A stretch of 43,760 nucleotides of DNA from positions 1 through 43,760 of the IMG/VR virus record IMGVR_UViG_3300033485_000035; one strand, written 5' to 3'. Under the pieces are notes generated by a model that saw nothing but the letters and a program-made list of their open reading frames with translations, was not told where the DNA came from and made no database searches. The DNA is from a virus (Duplodnaviria > Caudoviricetes). Shown here piece after piece: positions 7,749 through 17,421 of the stretch (positions are counted from its first letter, which is position 1; every line of letters begins with the position of its first letter). The position numbers were made by a program, and so were the translations under genes.

Positions 7749-10312
7749 CAGGACGTCCTCACTGAGCGAGCCCACCGCATCGCCTGGGTGAAATCCGCGC
7801 TGCTGAAATACTCCTTGGCCGACTTCGTGTCGACGCTCTTGACGTTGATCGTGATCTCTTCGCTGCTGCCCGCGCGGCCGCCCCTTTGGCCCGGAGGCCC
7901 CGGATCGGGGCTCGTGTCCGGATCGTGCCAGGGGCTGTCGTCGATGGTGCCGATGTAGCCTACCGGGTAGTTGCCGCCCCCTGATCTCGGGAGGCCGGTC
8001 GTCATGGCACGAGTGACAATCGGCCCACCGCCGCGCGACTTCTCTGCTTCCAGCTGCCTGTCGAGCTCCGCGTAGGCATCGTAGGCTTTCTGATTTCGCT
8101 GACTCAGGATGCCGCCGAGCAGTCGGCCTATGCCCATAACGGCCGTTGCGCCGATTGCCATGTAACCGGCCATCCCTAGAAGCCCCGAGGCACCCGTCAC
8201 GGGCGCGCCCGCAGTGGCTACAGCCGAGGCCATCTCTTCGCCGCTCTGCGCGACGACGGTTGCGCTCTTCGAGAACTTGTCCGAGGCCTTGAGGATCGCG
8301 TTGCCGCTCTCCGTGATGGACTTGAACGTCTCGGCCGGCACTTCGAGGCGGGAGGCGCGGATGTTCAGGTCCTTCGGGCTCGGCGGGCCTTCCATTCCAG
8401 GCAGCGGAGCATTGCCCGCACTCTGTTTGCCGCTGCCGAATAGCGAGAAGAGCTGCAGGAATCCGGCGCCGATGCCGCCACCGCCTCCACCGCCTGCGCT
8501 CATAGACTGGAACAGCTTGACCATCTCCAAGGCGAGTGACGAGATGCTGGCCACGAGGGCCAGCGTCTTGTTCCCAGCGAACTCAGCTACCCGCCCGAGA
8601 TCGTTGAACACGCTGTCGAGAGCGCTCATAACGGCGACCTGCTTGTTGGCCTCCTCCGTCACGCCTTTCATTTTCTCAGCGGCAGGGATCAGCGATAGAA
8701 CGAACGCCTCGGCCTCGGCCGCTGACTCTGCTGCCAAGCGTTCGCGCTCTGCCCGTGCTTCGCGATCAGCGTCGACTAGCTCGCCCGTTCGTACTCCGGC
8801 GTAGTATCCGAAAGTCGATCCTGGGCGCGGTGGCCCCTCGACGCCCGGTATCGGCTCATTGCCGGGCTGCACCTCGCGCTGCCGCCTGAACAGCTTGTTC
8901 ATGTAGTCGATGGCTGCCTGCACGCCTTCGAGATCGTCGCTCTCTTTCGGCATCGTCGGCTTCTTGTACTCGCGGGGCACGTCGTAGGGCGACTGCTCTC
9001 CGAGCCGCAGCTCGCCGATGCGCGACGTGTTGGCGGCCTCGTCGGCCATCTGCCGCATAGCCTCTGCTGCCTCCAAGGCCTTGTCGTGCACGGAGTCGAT
9101 ATGAACGCCGATCAGATCGAGCAGGCTTGGGTACGGCGCGAAGCTATAGAGCGCCCGCTTGTTGAAGGACTCGATGGCCTTCGCGTCCATCAGCTCGGAA
9201 TACTTCTGCAGGATGAGCAAGTCCTCGGCTACCTGATTCAGCGGCTCTAACAGCGGTTCGACGGCTTCAGACTTGAGCGCCTGCCAACGCATGCTGAGGC
9301 CAGCAACGGTATCCTCAAGGCGCGCGGCCTTGGCTACGAGATCGGGATCGAGCACAACACCCAGCTCTCGGGCCTTGTCCGTCAGGTCGGTGATACCTTT
9401 TACACCGCCCTCGAACATCGGAAGCAGCGTAGCTCCCGCGCGCCCGAATATCTGCACGCTCAGGGCTGTGCGATCGGCATCGTTCGCGAGGTTCATCATA
9501 CCCTGCGCGATGCTTGGCAGGATCTCGTCGGCCTTGCGAATGTTCCCTTCGGCATCGAGAGCCGAGACTCCAAGCTGCTTGAACGCCTTGGCCGCTTCGC
9601 TTGTCGGATCAGTGGCCGCCTCGACGAGATTGATCTGCAGGAACCTGATGCCCATCGCCAGCGAACTGAAGGCGACCTCAGACTGATCGGCCGCGTAGCG
9701 CAGCGCGCCCAGCGATGACGTGCTGATGCCTGTCTTGGACGAGACGACGTCCAGCTCCTTGCCAAGGGCCATCGTCGAGGTAACGGCCTCGGTCATGGAC
9801 TGCTTGAGGCTGTTGAATACGTTGATGGCTGTGCTGAACACAAGGAAGCCGCCCGCAATCTTGACGAGGCCGCTGAACGCGTTCGTCGCTTGCACGGCCG
9901 ACGTGCTAGCCATGAGCAAGCCGCCGCTAGATGCGGCCATCGCTGGCGTGATGACTCTGGACGCAACGACGGCCGCACCGCCCATGCCGGCCATCGAGGC
10001 CGATGCGACCCGGGCGGCAGCGGTCGTCTGGTAAATCTGCTGATTCAGCGGGACTATCGCGGCCGTTGCGGCCCGCGCAGCTGTTGCGGCCTCTACCTCT
10101 GCAGCGGCCATCGCGTTGAGAGCAGTAGCCGAAGCGTAGCACGACTGATTCAGTGGAGTGAGAGCGGCGGCTCCAGTCGCCCCCAGGCGCACGATCGAGG
10201 CGTCGAGGCCGGTAGCGGCAGCCGCTGTCGCGCCCGCCTGCATCTCGACGGCGCGCAAGGCCGACAGGGCCTGCGCGTTCAGCGCTTGAACCTCGATGCG
10301 TAGCGGTTCCAT
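7748..10312 (-). CDS. Tail tape measure protein (854 aa)
   Basis: Ala-rich helical sequence; TMP core SSKTGIST...AFKQLGVS...IFGRAGATLLPMF; follows the tail tube and chaperones. Confidence 0.93.
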   Translation of the reverse strand: MEPLRIEVQALNAQALSALRAVEMQAGATAAAATGLDASIVRLGATGAAALTPLNQSCYASATALNAMAAAEVEAATAARAATAAIVPLNQQIYQTTAAARVASASMAGMGGAAVVASRVITPAMAASSGGLLMASTSAVQATNAFSGLVKIAGGFLVFSTAINVFNSLKQSMTEAVTSTMALGKELDVVSSKTGISTSSLGALRYAADQSEVAFSSLAMGIRFLQINLVEAATDPTSEAAKAFKQLGVSALDAEGNIRKADEILPSIAQGMMNLANDADRTALSVQIFGRAGATLLPMFEGGVKGITDLTDKARELGVVLDPDLVAKAARLEDTVAGLSMRWQALKSEAVEPLLEPLNQVAEDLLILQKYSELMDAKAIESFNKRALYSFAPYPSLLDLIGVHIDSVHDKALEAAEAMRQMADEAANTSRIGELRLGEQSPYDVPREYKKPTMPKESDDLEGVQAAIDYMNKLFRRQREVQPGNEPIPGVEGPPRPGSTFGYYAGVRTGELVDADREARAERERLAAESAAEAEAFVLSLIPAAEKMKGVTEEANKQVAVMSALDSVFNDLGRVAEFAGNKTLALVASISSLALEMVKLFQSMSAGGGGGGGIGAGFLQLFSLFGSGKQSAGNAPLPGMEGPPSPKDLNIRASRLEVPAETFKSITESGNAILKASDKFSKSATVVAQSGEEMASAVATAGAPVTGASGLLGMAGYMAIGATAVMGIGRLLGGILSQRNQKAYDAYAELDRQLEAEKSRGGGPIVTRAMTTGLPRSGGGNYPVGYIGTIDDSPWHDPDTSPDPGPPGQRGGRAGSSEEITINVKSVDTKSAKEYFSSADFTQAMRWARSVRTS

Positions 10313-10316
10313 GTGC

Positions 10317-10515
10317 CTACCTTCTGCCCGGCATCCCGGCCTCGCGCTCCTGAATGATCCGAGCGTCTACTCGGGCCAGCATCGTCACCGAGGCTCTGAA
10401 CTCGCTCGTGTCCATCTCAAGCACGTCGATCGGCGCGCAGGCCATGACCGTCGCGAGGCGCACTGCCCAATAGATCGTGTCGTCGTCACAAGCCGCTATC
10501 TTGGCCTCGAAAGGA
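10317..10515 (-). CDS. Tail assembly chaperone C-terminal (GT-like) segment, probably reached by +1 frameshift
   Basis: Lies in the +1 frame relative to 10486..10887, has no good own RBS, and sits just before the TMP. Sequence ..PIDVLEMDTSEF.. Confidence 0.7.
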
Positions 10516-10887
10516 TGCGTCGGCCTCGTTGACAAAGGCGTGAACGGCTCCCAACAGGACGTAGAACCGATTCAGGCCCAGGTCAGCGAGCCAGACCTCC
10601 TCTCGTGGAATGCGCTGGCCTTCCGGCGTGATGAACTCCTTGACGACGTGCGGGTAGACCTCGGCCTCCCACACGCCAAGCTGCTCCGAACTCATGACGA
10701 CACTCGGCGGCGGGGCAGGCGGTGCATCTCGGCCCTGTTCCTTGGACTCGATTTCAGCTGCGATTTGGTGCGGCTCTAAGCCGCCACGCAGCGTGCGCGA
10801 CCAGCGCGTGCTGATCCAAGGTTGAGGCCGAACGATGACGGCCTGCCAGCCGCCGCCAAGGTCGACTGTCTTGCTCGCTCGTTCCAA
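10486..10887 (-). CDS. Tail assembly chaperone (G-like)
   Basis: TTG start with GGAGG RBS; between tail tube and TMP. Confidence 0.75.
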   Translation of the reverse strand: MERASKTVDLGGGWQAVIVRPQPWISTRWSRTLRGGLEPHQIAAEIESKEQGRDAPPAPPPSVVMSSEQLGVWEAEVYPHVVKEFITPEGQRIPREEVWLADLGLNRFYVLLGAVHAFVNEADASFRGQDSGL

Positions 10888-10917
10888 CGTCTCGCCCTCC
10901 TTCTCCTCAGGTTGGCC

Positions 10918-12024
10918 TTACGGCGTGAGAATGTCCGAATACTTCGTGTAGGCACCGATCGACGGCGTATAGAGCGGATCGGTCACCTGCGCGCGGAACG
11001 GCTCAGGGAATAGCGCGCTGCCACCAGCCTTGTAGATAGCCTTGAACGCGATGGTCTGCCGCTGCGGCCCCATACCGTCTGTGCCGCCGCCCGGCTCGGT
11101 GATGTAGGCGTTCGAGACGGTGAACGTCCATGCCTTGTTGGTCACGCCAGTCGATGCGGGATCGTCGTAGAGCCACACGATCGAGGCCGGCCTCGTGCCG
11201 CTCCATCCCCACTTGAGAGCTTGCTCGGTCCACACGATGTCCTGCTCGAATGTGAGCTTGCCCGTCACGTTACGCGGCGCACTACGCGCCGGCACGGACT
11301 GCTGCAGCGTGTTACCGATCGTCACCGTCTGCTCCAACGGGTTCTCGACCGTGATTTCCCACTCGGTCGCGTTCATGGCAGTCGACGCACCGCCCTCGAA
11401 AAAGATGACGCAGCTAGCCGGCGTCACTTGATTCCAGAGCACGAGCGGCCCATTGTACGGGCTGAGGCCGCCCGAGCTGTCTGGCGGAACAGTCGTCGTC
11501 TCCGTCTCGGCATAGGCGCACTGCTGGGCCGCGAAGTCGATCGACGCCATGACAGCCCCAGAAGTCTTGCCCGATAGGGTTAGCTTGGTCGGCTTCGTCC
11601 CGGTGAGCAGGTTCTGAGCGTACAGCTGCGTCGCGTCGATCCCATACGGGAAGATGTGGTACAGGGAGCACGACTCAAGCCGGTCATCCGTCGTGGCCAG
11701 ATGCACGTTCGGCGTGCCGGCCGTCGATGCGCCCAGGCCCATCGCCCAGCTCAGCAAGCAGAAGTGGACCGGCGAGTAGCGCAGCGGGAAACTCAGCGTA
11801 CCGCTCACCTCGCTAGGGCCGGCGTATAGCGCGGCCTCATCGTAGGTGTTCGAGCCTCGAATCTCCGCGATGCGTTCCGTGCGCACCGGCCGACGCAGCT
11901 GGAAGCTGTCGAAGTAGAGCCGAAGTCCTGTCGTCGCAGACAGGCCCGACGGCCCACCGGGCGATGACTCCCGGTTGATGTAGAGTTTGGCAAGGCCGCC
12001 GCTTGGCGCTCCAGTCCCAGCCAT
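10918..12024 (-). CDS. Major tail tube protein
   Basis: VSGTLSFPLRY, WEITVENPLE...RNVTGKLTFE, QTIAFKA; tube-family pattern and position. No sheath gene is present. Confidence 0.8.
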   Translation of the reverse strand: MAGTGAPSGGLAKLYINRESSPGGPSGLSATTGLRLYFDSFQLRRPVRTERIAEIRGSNTYDEAALYAGPSEVSGTLSFPLRYSPVHFCLLSWAMGLGASTAGTPNVHLATTDDRLESCSLYHIFPYGIDATQLYAQNLLTGTKPTKLTLSGKTSGAVMASIDFAAQQCAYAETETTTVPPDSSGGLSPYNGPLVLWNQVTPASCVIFFEGGASTAMNATEWEITVENPLEQTVTIGNTLQQSVPARSAPRNVTGKLTFEQDIVWTEQALKWGWSGTRPASIVWLYDDPASTGVTNKAWTFTVSNAYITEPGGGTDGMGPQRQTIAFKAIYKAGGSALFPEPFRAQVTDPLYTPSIGAYTKYSDILTP

Positions 12025-12048
12025 CAGAGTCCGTCCTTCTCGCTCGCC

Positions 12049-12855
12049 CTAGCCGCTCGTGATCTCACTGTTCGATTCCTGCAGTACCAGCACAAGATTG
12101 ATCTCGATTGTGGAGCGCTCGCGTGCCCAGGCCACCGAGAGATCATTCTCGACGGCCTGGAACCGCACACCGCTGAACGGGATGCCGTCGTTCACTGCGC
12201 CATCGTAGGGCACGACGAGGGCCGCAATGGCCCGCCGTACGTCGTGGAACAAGAATAGGGCCGTCGTGTCTCCCGCGTTCACGTCATGCGCGAGCAAGCG
12301 CACGATGTACTCCGTATCGAGGCCCGCCCCCCAAGGGCCGCTGCCGATCTCTTGCGTCTCAATCGAGGCCATCGAGACGCCGACGACACCGATCCAAGGA
12401 AAGATCGCGATCTCTTCCCATTGCCTCATGGCCCTCTCGACGATGGGCTCCGTCGAGTAACCGCCTGACAGCTTGATGGCTGACAGAGCGCGCACGATCC
12501 GCAGCACGGCCCGCTCAAGTTTCGGGCCGAGATCGACGGACCATATCTCAGTGCCGGTAGAGCTGGCCGCATCAGCCGCCACCGTCACCGTTGCATCGGT
12601 GAACGTAGGAGCCACAGCGACGTTGTCCGCTAGCGGTACGATGAGAGTGCCAGCAAAGGCCGCCACTGTCGCACTGGCCGTGAAGTCGGCGGTGCCGTTC
12701 GTCGCGTTGTCGAGCGAGTCGTAGACCTTCACCGATAGGTCGCCGCCTGCGGTGGCCTTCATGAGGCGCACGTACCAACGTCGCGTCTCTTCTCTGAACA
12801 GGCGGGCGGCCTGCACCGTGAAGTGAGTGCCCGAGCTTCGCGTGTAAATGGCCAT
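12049..12855 (-). CDS. Tail terminator / completion-like protein with N-terminal extension
   Basis: C-terminal half (RIVRALSAIKLSGGYST...FPWIGV) resembles tail-completion proteins; directly precedes the tail tube. Confidence 0.55.
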   Translation of the reverse strand: MAIYTRSSGTHFTVQAARLFREETRRWYVRLMKATAGGDLSVKVYDSLDNATNGTADFTASATVAAFAGTLIVPLADNVAVAPTFTDATVTVAADAASSTGTEIWSVDLGPKLERAVLRIVRALSAIKLSGGYSTEPIVERAMRQWEEIAIFPWIGVVGVSMASIETQEIGSGPWGAGLDTEYIVRLLAHDVNAGDTTALFLFHDVRRAIAALVVPYDGAVNDGIPFSGVRFQAVENDLSVAWARERSTIEINLVLVLQESNSEITSG

Positions 12856-14024
12856 CAGAGCTGCCCTCGCACGGTCACGGCCAGGTCGTAGGCCATCTCC
12901 GTTTGCGTGTTTCCGCTCAGCGTGTCGTCGCTCGTGAACTCAAGCCAACCGCCGTTGAGCCGCCACTCGTTGACGTGGCGCACTACGCGATCCCACGAGA
13001 GCGGCGTGCCATCGCATACGTGATGCAGCACGTTCCTCGGGTCGCGCTTCCACTCAGTGATCGAAGTCTCGGCCGGCCGCATGTTCGTCGCGCTGACCGA
13101 CCAGATGTTTTCGAAGAACCAGGGCATCGCGTGCTGGTAGGTGCCGTTCGGTCCGCTCTCGGGAACGTTAGCCAGCCGCCACGCGGGCTGCCCGATCATC
13201 GTGCCCGAGGCCGTGAGCGCGGCCACTTTCGAGGTCAAGTACGTGTACTTGTCGGCGTAGTCGCGCCACGTGCTCGTCGGCGTACCGTGCGCCGCGCACA
13301 GGTCGTTCCAGTCGGTCTGATAGGGCTCTGTCTCATAGGCCGTCTTGAGGAACGGGGCTGTCTCGCTCGTGTCGCCGTGCCCCGAGCCGTAGGTGTCATT
13401 GTTCGGTATCATCCAGGCCCGCATGTCGTGGTACGCGTTGTCGCAGAACACGCCCGCATTCGGTAGCTCGTACACGCCGTTCTGCAGCAGGTCGCGCGCA
13501 AAGCTGACCTGTCTGGCCGCGAGCGAGTCTAGCTCGGCGTAGGAGAACTTCTGCAGTGGCACCATCTCGTACCGCTCGCCGTACGTACCGTGCGAGAGAT
13601 AGCCGAAGAAACAGGCTACGATGTCGGGCGTGCGAGCCGTGAGGAGCATGCGGTACTTCGTAAGCGAGCCGGAGGCCGTGCCGGCGAACTGCCAGTTGCC
13701 CCGGAAGTAATCGGACCATCCGTCGGCCCCAAAGTCGGTGCGGCTGTACGGATAGGTCTGCGTGATCTCGTACCGCCAGAACAGCTTGCCGTCGTTCACG
13801 AGATCCCGAACCGCAGCGGCCTGGGTCGGCTGCTCATACTGCAGGTGCGAGATGAAGCCGTCGAAGCTAGCGCGCTTGGACCACGCCGTACCGTTTGCCA
13901 GGTCGGTCCCGTAGAACACGCGCATGAGGTACCGGCCCGAACCCGGGGGGGCTGGCGCGCCGGGAGCCGGACGGGGATGCACGATCTTCTTCTTGCGCTC
14001 GATGGAGGATAGGAATCGGCTCAT
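12855..14024 (-). CDS. Hypothetical 389-aa protein, possible glycoside-hydrolase-like TIM barrel
   Basis: TGATG-coupled start MSRFLSS; Pro linker; GVFCDNA and WFFENIW; aromatic-rich. Confidence 0.5.
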   Translation of the reverse strand: MSRFLSSIERKKKIVHPRPAPGAPAPPGSGRYLMRVFYGTDLANGTAWSKRASFDGFISHLQYEQPTQAAAVRDLVNDGKLFWRYEITQTYPYSRTDFGADGWSDYFRGNWQFAGTASGSLTKYRMLLTARTPDIVACFFGYLSHGTYGERYEMVPLQKFSYAELDSLAARQVSFARDLLQNGVYELPNAGVFCDNAYHDMRAWMIPNNDTYGSGHGDTSETAPFLKTAYETEPYQTDWNDLCAAHGTPTSTWRDYADKYTYLTSKVAALTASGTMIGQPAWRLANVPESGPNGTYQHAMPWFFENIWSVSATNMRPAETSITEWKRDPRNVLHHVCDGTPLSWDRVVRHVNEWRLNGGWLEFTSDDTLSGNTQTEMAYDLAVTVRGQL

Positions 14025-14689
14025 CACAAGGCCTCGATCTTGGAGACGCAGGTTCGTACGGCCTGCTCGAAGCGCTTTTCGACCCAAGGAGCGGCCTGCC
14101 GTCTCGATGCAGCCCACACGGCCCGGCGCGGTATGCGCACGGACTTCTTGAGCACGAAGAGGAGCTGTAGCTCGAAGCGCTTTCGGCCGCGCTTGAAACG
14201 GCCAATCTTCGTGCGAAGCAAGCGCTTGCTCGTGCTCTTGTGCAAGCGCTGCGCGAGGAGCAGATTCTTTCGCTTGGAGACGAAGAAGAACGCGTTCGGG
14301 AAGTCGCGCGCGCGGGGGCGCTCGGCACCGCGCTTGTCAGCCGGGCTGCCCGGGATCGGGATCGTGAGCCAAGGCCGGCCGTGTATCGTGCCGCCCGTCT
14401 CGTGAATCATGGCGTACGGCAGATAAGGCTCCTGCATGTAGACTGCGCCGACGATCGAGCGGTCAGCAGCTGTGCCGCTCAGCTCGAAGAGCACGCGACT
14501 GCGCAGCCTGCCGGAGCGGGAGGCCAGACGATCACCGGAGTACGACTTGGGGCCGCCGGGCCCCGAGTACCGTTCCTTCACGATGCGGTAGGTGTGCATG
14601 ACGGAATCGCGTACAGCCCGGGCCATCTCGCCTGAGATGACGCGGGCTGCCTTTTCGTGTAACCGCGCGAGTCCGTTGTGCACGGGCAT
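14024..14689 (-). CDS. Neck / virion morphogenesis protein (HK97 gp10 / gpG-like)
   Basis: RSGRLRSR, YAMIHETGGTI and VRIPRRA motifs; basic protein. Confidence 0.8.
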   Translation of the reverse strand: MPVHNGLARLHEKAARVISGEMARAVRDSVMHTYRIVKERYSGPGGPKSYSGDRLASRSGRLRSRVLFELSGTAADRSIVGAVYMQEPYLPYAMIHETGGTIHGRPWLTIPIPGSPADKRGAERPRARDFPNAFFFVSKRKNLLLAQRLHKSTSKRLLRTKIGRFKRGRKRFELQLLFVLKKSVRIPRRAVWAASRRQAAPWVEKRFEQAVRTCVSKIEAL

Positions 14690-14706
14690 CGTGTTCCCCT
14701 GCTAGG

Positions 14707-14764
14707 GGCGGGCTCGGGAGATCGGCCGGGGCGAGACGTTTTCGGCCTCTCCCCCTCACCCGCC
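14707..14764. other. Intergenic stem-loop
   Basis: Nested pairs GGCGGG/CCCGCC, GGGAGA/TCTCCC, GGCCG/CGGCC. Confidence 0.55.
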
Positions 14765-14765
14765 A

Positions 14766-15425
14766 TCAGGCCCTGACTCCGAAAAAGCCGATGCTAATCG
14801 GCTGCGGGCCGGCTGTCGTTCCGATTCGACGCTGCCGGCGATACTTAGCGATGACCGGATTCCAGCGCGTGACGCGGAAGGCCTCCGAGAGCGTCATCAC
14901 CGGATCGTAGTACGTGATCGATCCGTCCATCTGCGACTGCGAGGCCACGCCTCGGCGTCGGTTCAGCATGTCCTGCCAGAGCTGCAGCGCGCAGTCGAGC
15001 GTGAGCTCCCACAGGTCGCCGGCCTCAATCTTGATCGACGCGAGCGCGAACCCGGCGTCGTAGGTCACGGTGACGTTCCTGTGACCACGCGTCCAGAGGC
15101 GCTGCTGCAACTCGAGGATCGCGGGCGACGAAGCCGACGTGTCGTATCGAATCTGGTCCGCATCTAGCGGCGTGATCGCGCTCTCGTCCTCGATGGCCAC
15201 GCTCGTGAGCAAGCGCAGCGGGTAGTTGTCGAGCATGAGACGCGGCGTGTCATTCCCGTCGTGCACCTCGGCCGTATAGGTCTGCTTCTCGAACTTGCGC
15301 AGGCAAGCGCCTTCGATGCGGGCCTGCACGCGCTCGATCAACTGCGTGATCTCAGCGTCGTACGCGGTTTCCGCTGACGGCACCCGCAGCGCCGTCTTGA
15401 ACTCGCTCACCGCGACAAGGGCCAT
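14766..15425 (-). CDS. Head-tail connector (gp6-like adaptor)
   Basis: MALVAVSEFKTALRV...YDAEITQLI..A.IEGAC.RKF...E.HDG...LDNYP...VTVTYDAGF. Confidence 0.88.
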   Translation of the reverse strand: MALVAVSEFKTALRVPSAETAYDAEITQLIERVQARIEGACLRKFEKQTYTAEVHDGNDTPRLMLDNYPLRLLTSVAIEDESAITPLDADQIRYDTSASSPAILELQQRLWTRGHRNVTVTYDAGFALASIKIEAGDLWELTLDCALQLWQDMLNRRRGVASQSQMDGSITYYDPVMTLSEAFRVTRWNPVIAKYRRQRRIGTTAGPQPISIGFFGVRA

Positions 15426-15430
15426 GACGA

Positions 15431-15733
15431 TCAGCTCCCCGAGGCGATTCGACCTCGACTCTCTCCGCGCACGCGCCAGGCCGCGCCCTTGAGCGTGGGC
15501 GGTGCGCCCTCGCCCTTGCCGCCCTCCATGTGTGTCTTGGGCTCAGGTGGAACGGGCACGTCGCTGCTCACATCGGAGCCCGAGGCCACCGGCGCTCCCG
15601 TCCAGGGCACACACCGGCCCGCCCGCTCTTCGTTTAGAGCGCGCGCATACTCCTCGCTCAGCTCGTACACGTGATCGGCCAGGTACGCGTTGTGGCCATC
15701 CCCTGTCTTGATCGTGAACCTGTAGAGAGGCAT
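15431..15733 (-). CDS. Small post-capsid hypothetical protein
   Basis: ATG at 15733 with GGAGG RBS; typical position after the MCP. Confidence 0.65.
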   Translation of the reverse strand: MPLYRFTIKTGDGHNAYLADHVYELSEEYARALNEERAGRCVPWTGAPVASGSDVSSDVPVPPEPKTHMEGGKGEGAPPTLKGAAWRVRGESRGRIASGS

Positions 15734-15749
15734 GCAATCCTCCGTTCGG

Positions 15750-15856
15750 GCAGGTGATCCGAGCGGGCCGAGCCGTTTCGCTGGTCGGTGCGATCGGAGC
15801 CGGAAGGCTTCCACTCCGACCGCACCTAGACTCGGCCCACTCGGGTCAGCTCCTGC
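15750..15856 (-). other. Long imperfect RNA hairpin after the capsid stop codon
   Basis: Five stacked stems; several mismatches become G-U pairs on the mRNA (minus) strand. Confidence 0.7.
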
Positions 15857-15861
15857 AGGGC

Positions 15862-17421
15862 CTACGTGATCGGCAGATTGACCAGGCAGGCCTCCGTCGT
15901 CTCAGTCGACTTCACAGTTTTCTGGAAGTCCCCGCGCCACCAGCAGTACATCATCGACTGATCCCACCACGAGAAGCGCTCGCGCTCGCTCGTCATGCCC
16001 CGGAAGTTGCCGAGGATGTAGCGGGTCTTGTCGAAGAGGATGACCTCAGTGGTCGTCCCGGTGCCGGTGTAGCGACCTGTCGTGGCCAGGTCCTCTCGCA
16101 CGTACTCGTGCACGATGAGGCTGCGGCCAGCGATGAGGCCGACCGCTCCGGTTGCGAGCGTGGCCCGCGCACCGGCCTTGTCGAGCGTGATGAACGCGTC
16201 GGTATCCAGCACGTCCAGGTACGACTTGAGGCCGAAGATCCACATGGAATCGCTCGGCTGCAAGCCGTACCTGTTCAGCTTGCGGATCGTCGCGAACAGG
16301 TTCGTGACAGTGATTGACGCGCCCCCGCCATCGACGGTCGTGGAGTTGGCGCGCGCGAACTCGCGGAAGCCCTTCCAGGCCGTGCGGTTCGAGTACGAGC
16401 CGTCCGTCCCGTCAGCTGCGAGCACCAGGTCGGCGTCCAGCTCGGGCGAGTCGGTGTCGCCGTTGATCATCGCGTCCTCGATCGCGCGACGGATCGAGGC
16501 TGCGACCTCCTGAGCCGCGAACGGCGCGGCTGCCACGATCGACTCCTCCTCGAACTCCGTCGAGAATCCGAAGTGCCCGCGCAGCTTCTTGGCCGAGAGC
16601 GTGATGCCGCCGATCGGGTCCAGCGTCTCGTACAGGGCATTCGCGGCCTGCATGGCGGCCGTCGGGTAGCCCTTGTACGCCGTGTTCTCGGCCCAACGGC
16701 GGGCCTTGTCGATACCCGTCGTGATTGGGTACTTGTACGTTGACGTGGGCATCGGCACGGTGCGGATGTTCGGGAGCAGCGAGCCCGTCACTTCGAGGTA
16801 GCGCAGCAGCTCAGCCGACATGAGGGAGGGGATCCACTCGGTCGCGTCGGCCGTGTCGGCCGGGAACGCTCGCTTGAGGATTTCCTCGCCGAACAGCTCC
16901 TTGCGCAGCATCTCGTACTCGTACCAGAGCATGCGGGCCGCTAGGGTCTTGGCCTTCGTCGGGTGCCACCGCTGCGAGTACGGCTGTCCCGGGAGCTGCT
17001 GATTTAGGGCCGAGCCGATCACGGCTAGCTGCAGCGACAGCTCCTGGAACCGCTTCACCTTGTCGTCGACGGGCCGAGTCTGCAGCATGAAGTCGTAGAC
17101 TTCACGCACCTGCTCCTTCGTCTCGGCCACCTCCATCGCCCTACGGGCCGCACGGATGGAGTAGTCGACGGTCGGCACGAGATCGACGCGCCGGTTCGTC
17201 TGGTCCTGCTTGCTGATGGCGATCAGCTCGCGCACCAGCTCCTTCACGTGGTCGTCGTTGGCCGCCGCGTTCCTGGCCTGCTCGAAGCGCTCCATACGCT
17301 CTTCGAGGCCGGCCGCCTTGGCATCGAAATCCGCCTTGAAGCCGTTCACTGTCTCGCGGATTTCGTTCGTTTTATCGACGATCAGCTTCCTGGTCGTCTC
17401 ATCGAACTCGTTGATGGCCAT
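15862..17421 (-). CDS. Major capsid protein, HK97 fold, with long N-terminal delta/scaffold domain
   Basis: Coiled-coil N-terminus; WIPSLMSAELLR, WAEN, ITLSAKKL...IRRAIEDAMINGD; follows the protease. Confidence 0.95.
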   Translation of the reverse strand: MAINEFDETTRKLIVDKTNEIRETVNGFKADFDAKAAGLEERMERFEQARNAAANDDHVKELVRELIAISKQDQTNRRVDLVPTVDYSIRAARRAMEVAETKEQVREVYDFMLQTRPVDDKVKRFQELSLQLAVIGSALNQQLPGQPYSQRWHPTKAKTLAARMLWYEYEMLRKELFGEEILKRAFPADTADATEWIPSLMSAELLRYLEVTGSLLPNIRTVPMPTSTYKYPITTGIDKARRWAENTAYKGYPTAAMQAANALYETLDPIGGITLSAKKLRGHFGFSTEFEEESIVAAAPFAAQEVAASIRRAIEDAMINGDTDSPELDADLVLAADGTDGSYSNRTAWKGFREFARANSTTVDGGGASITVTNLFATIRKLNRYGLQPSDSMWIFGLKSYLDVLDTDAFITLDKAGARATLATGAVGLIAGRSLIVHEYVREDLATTGRYTGTGTTTEVILFDKTRYILGNFRGMTSERERFSWWDQSMMYCWWRGDFQKTVKSTETTEACLVNLPIT

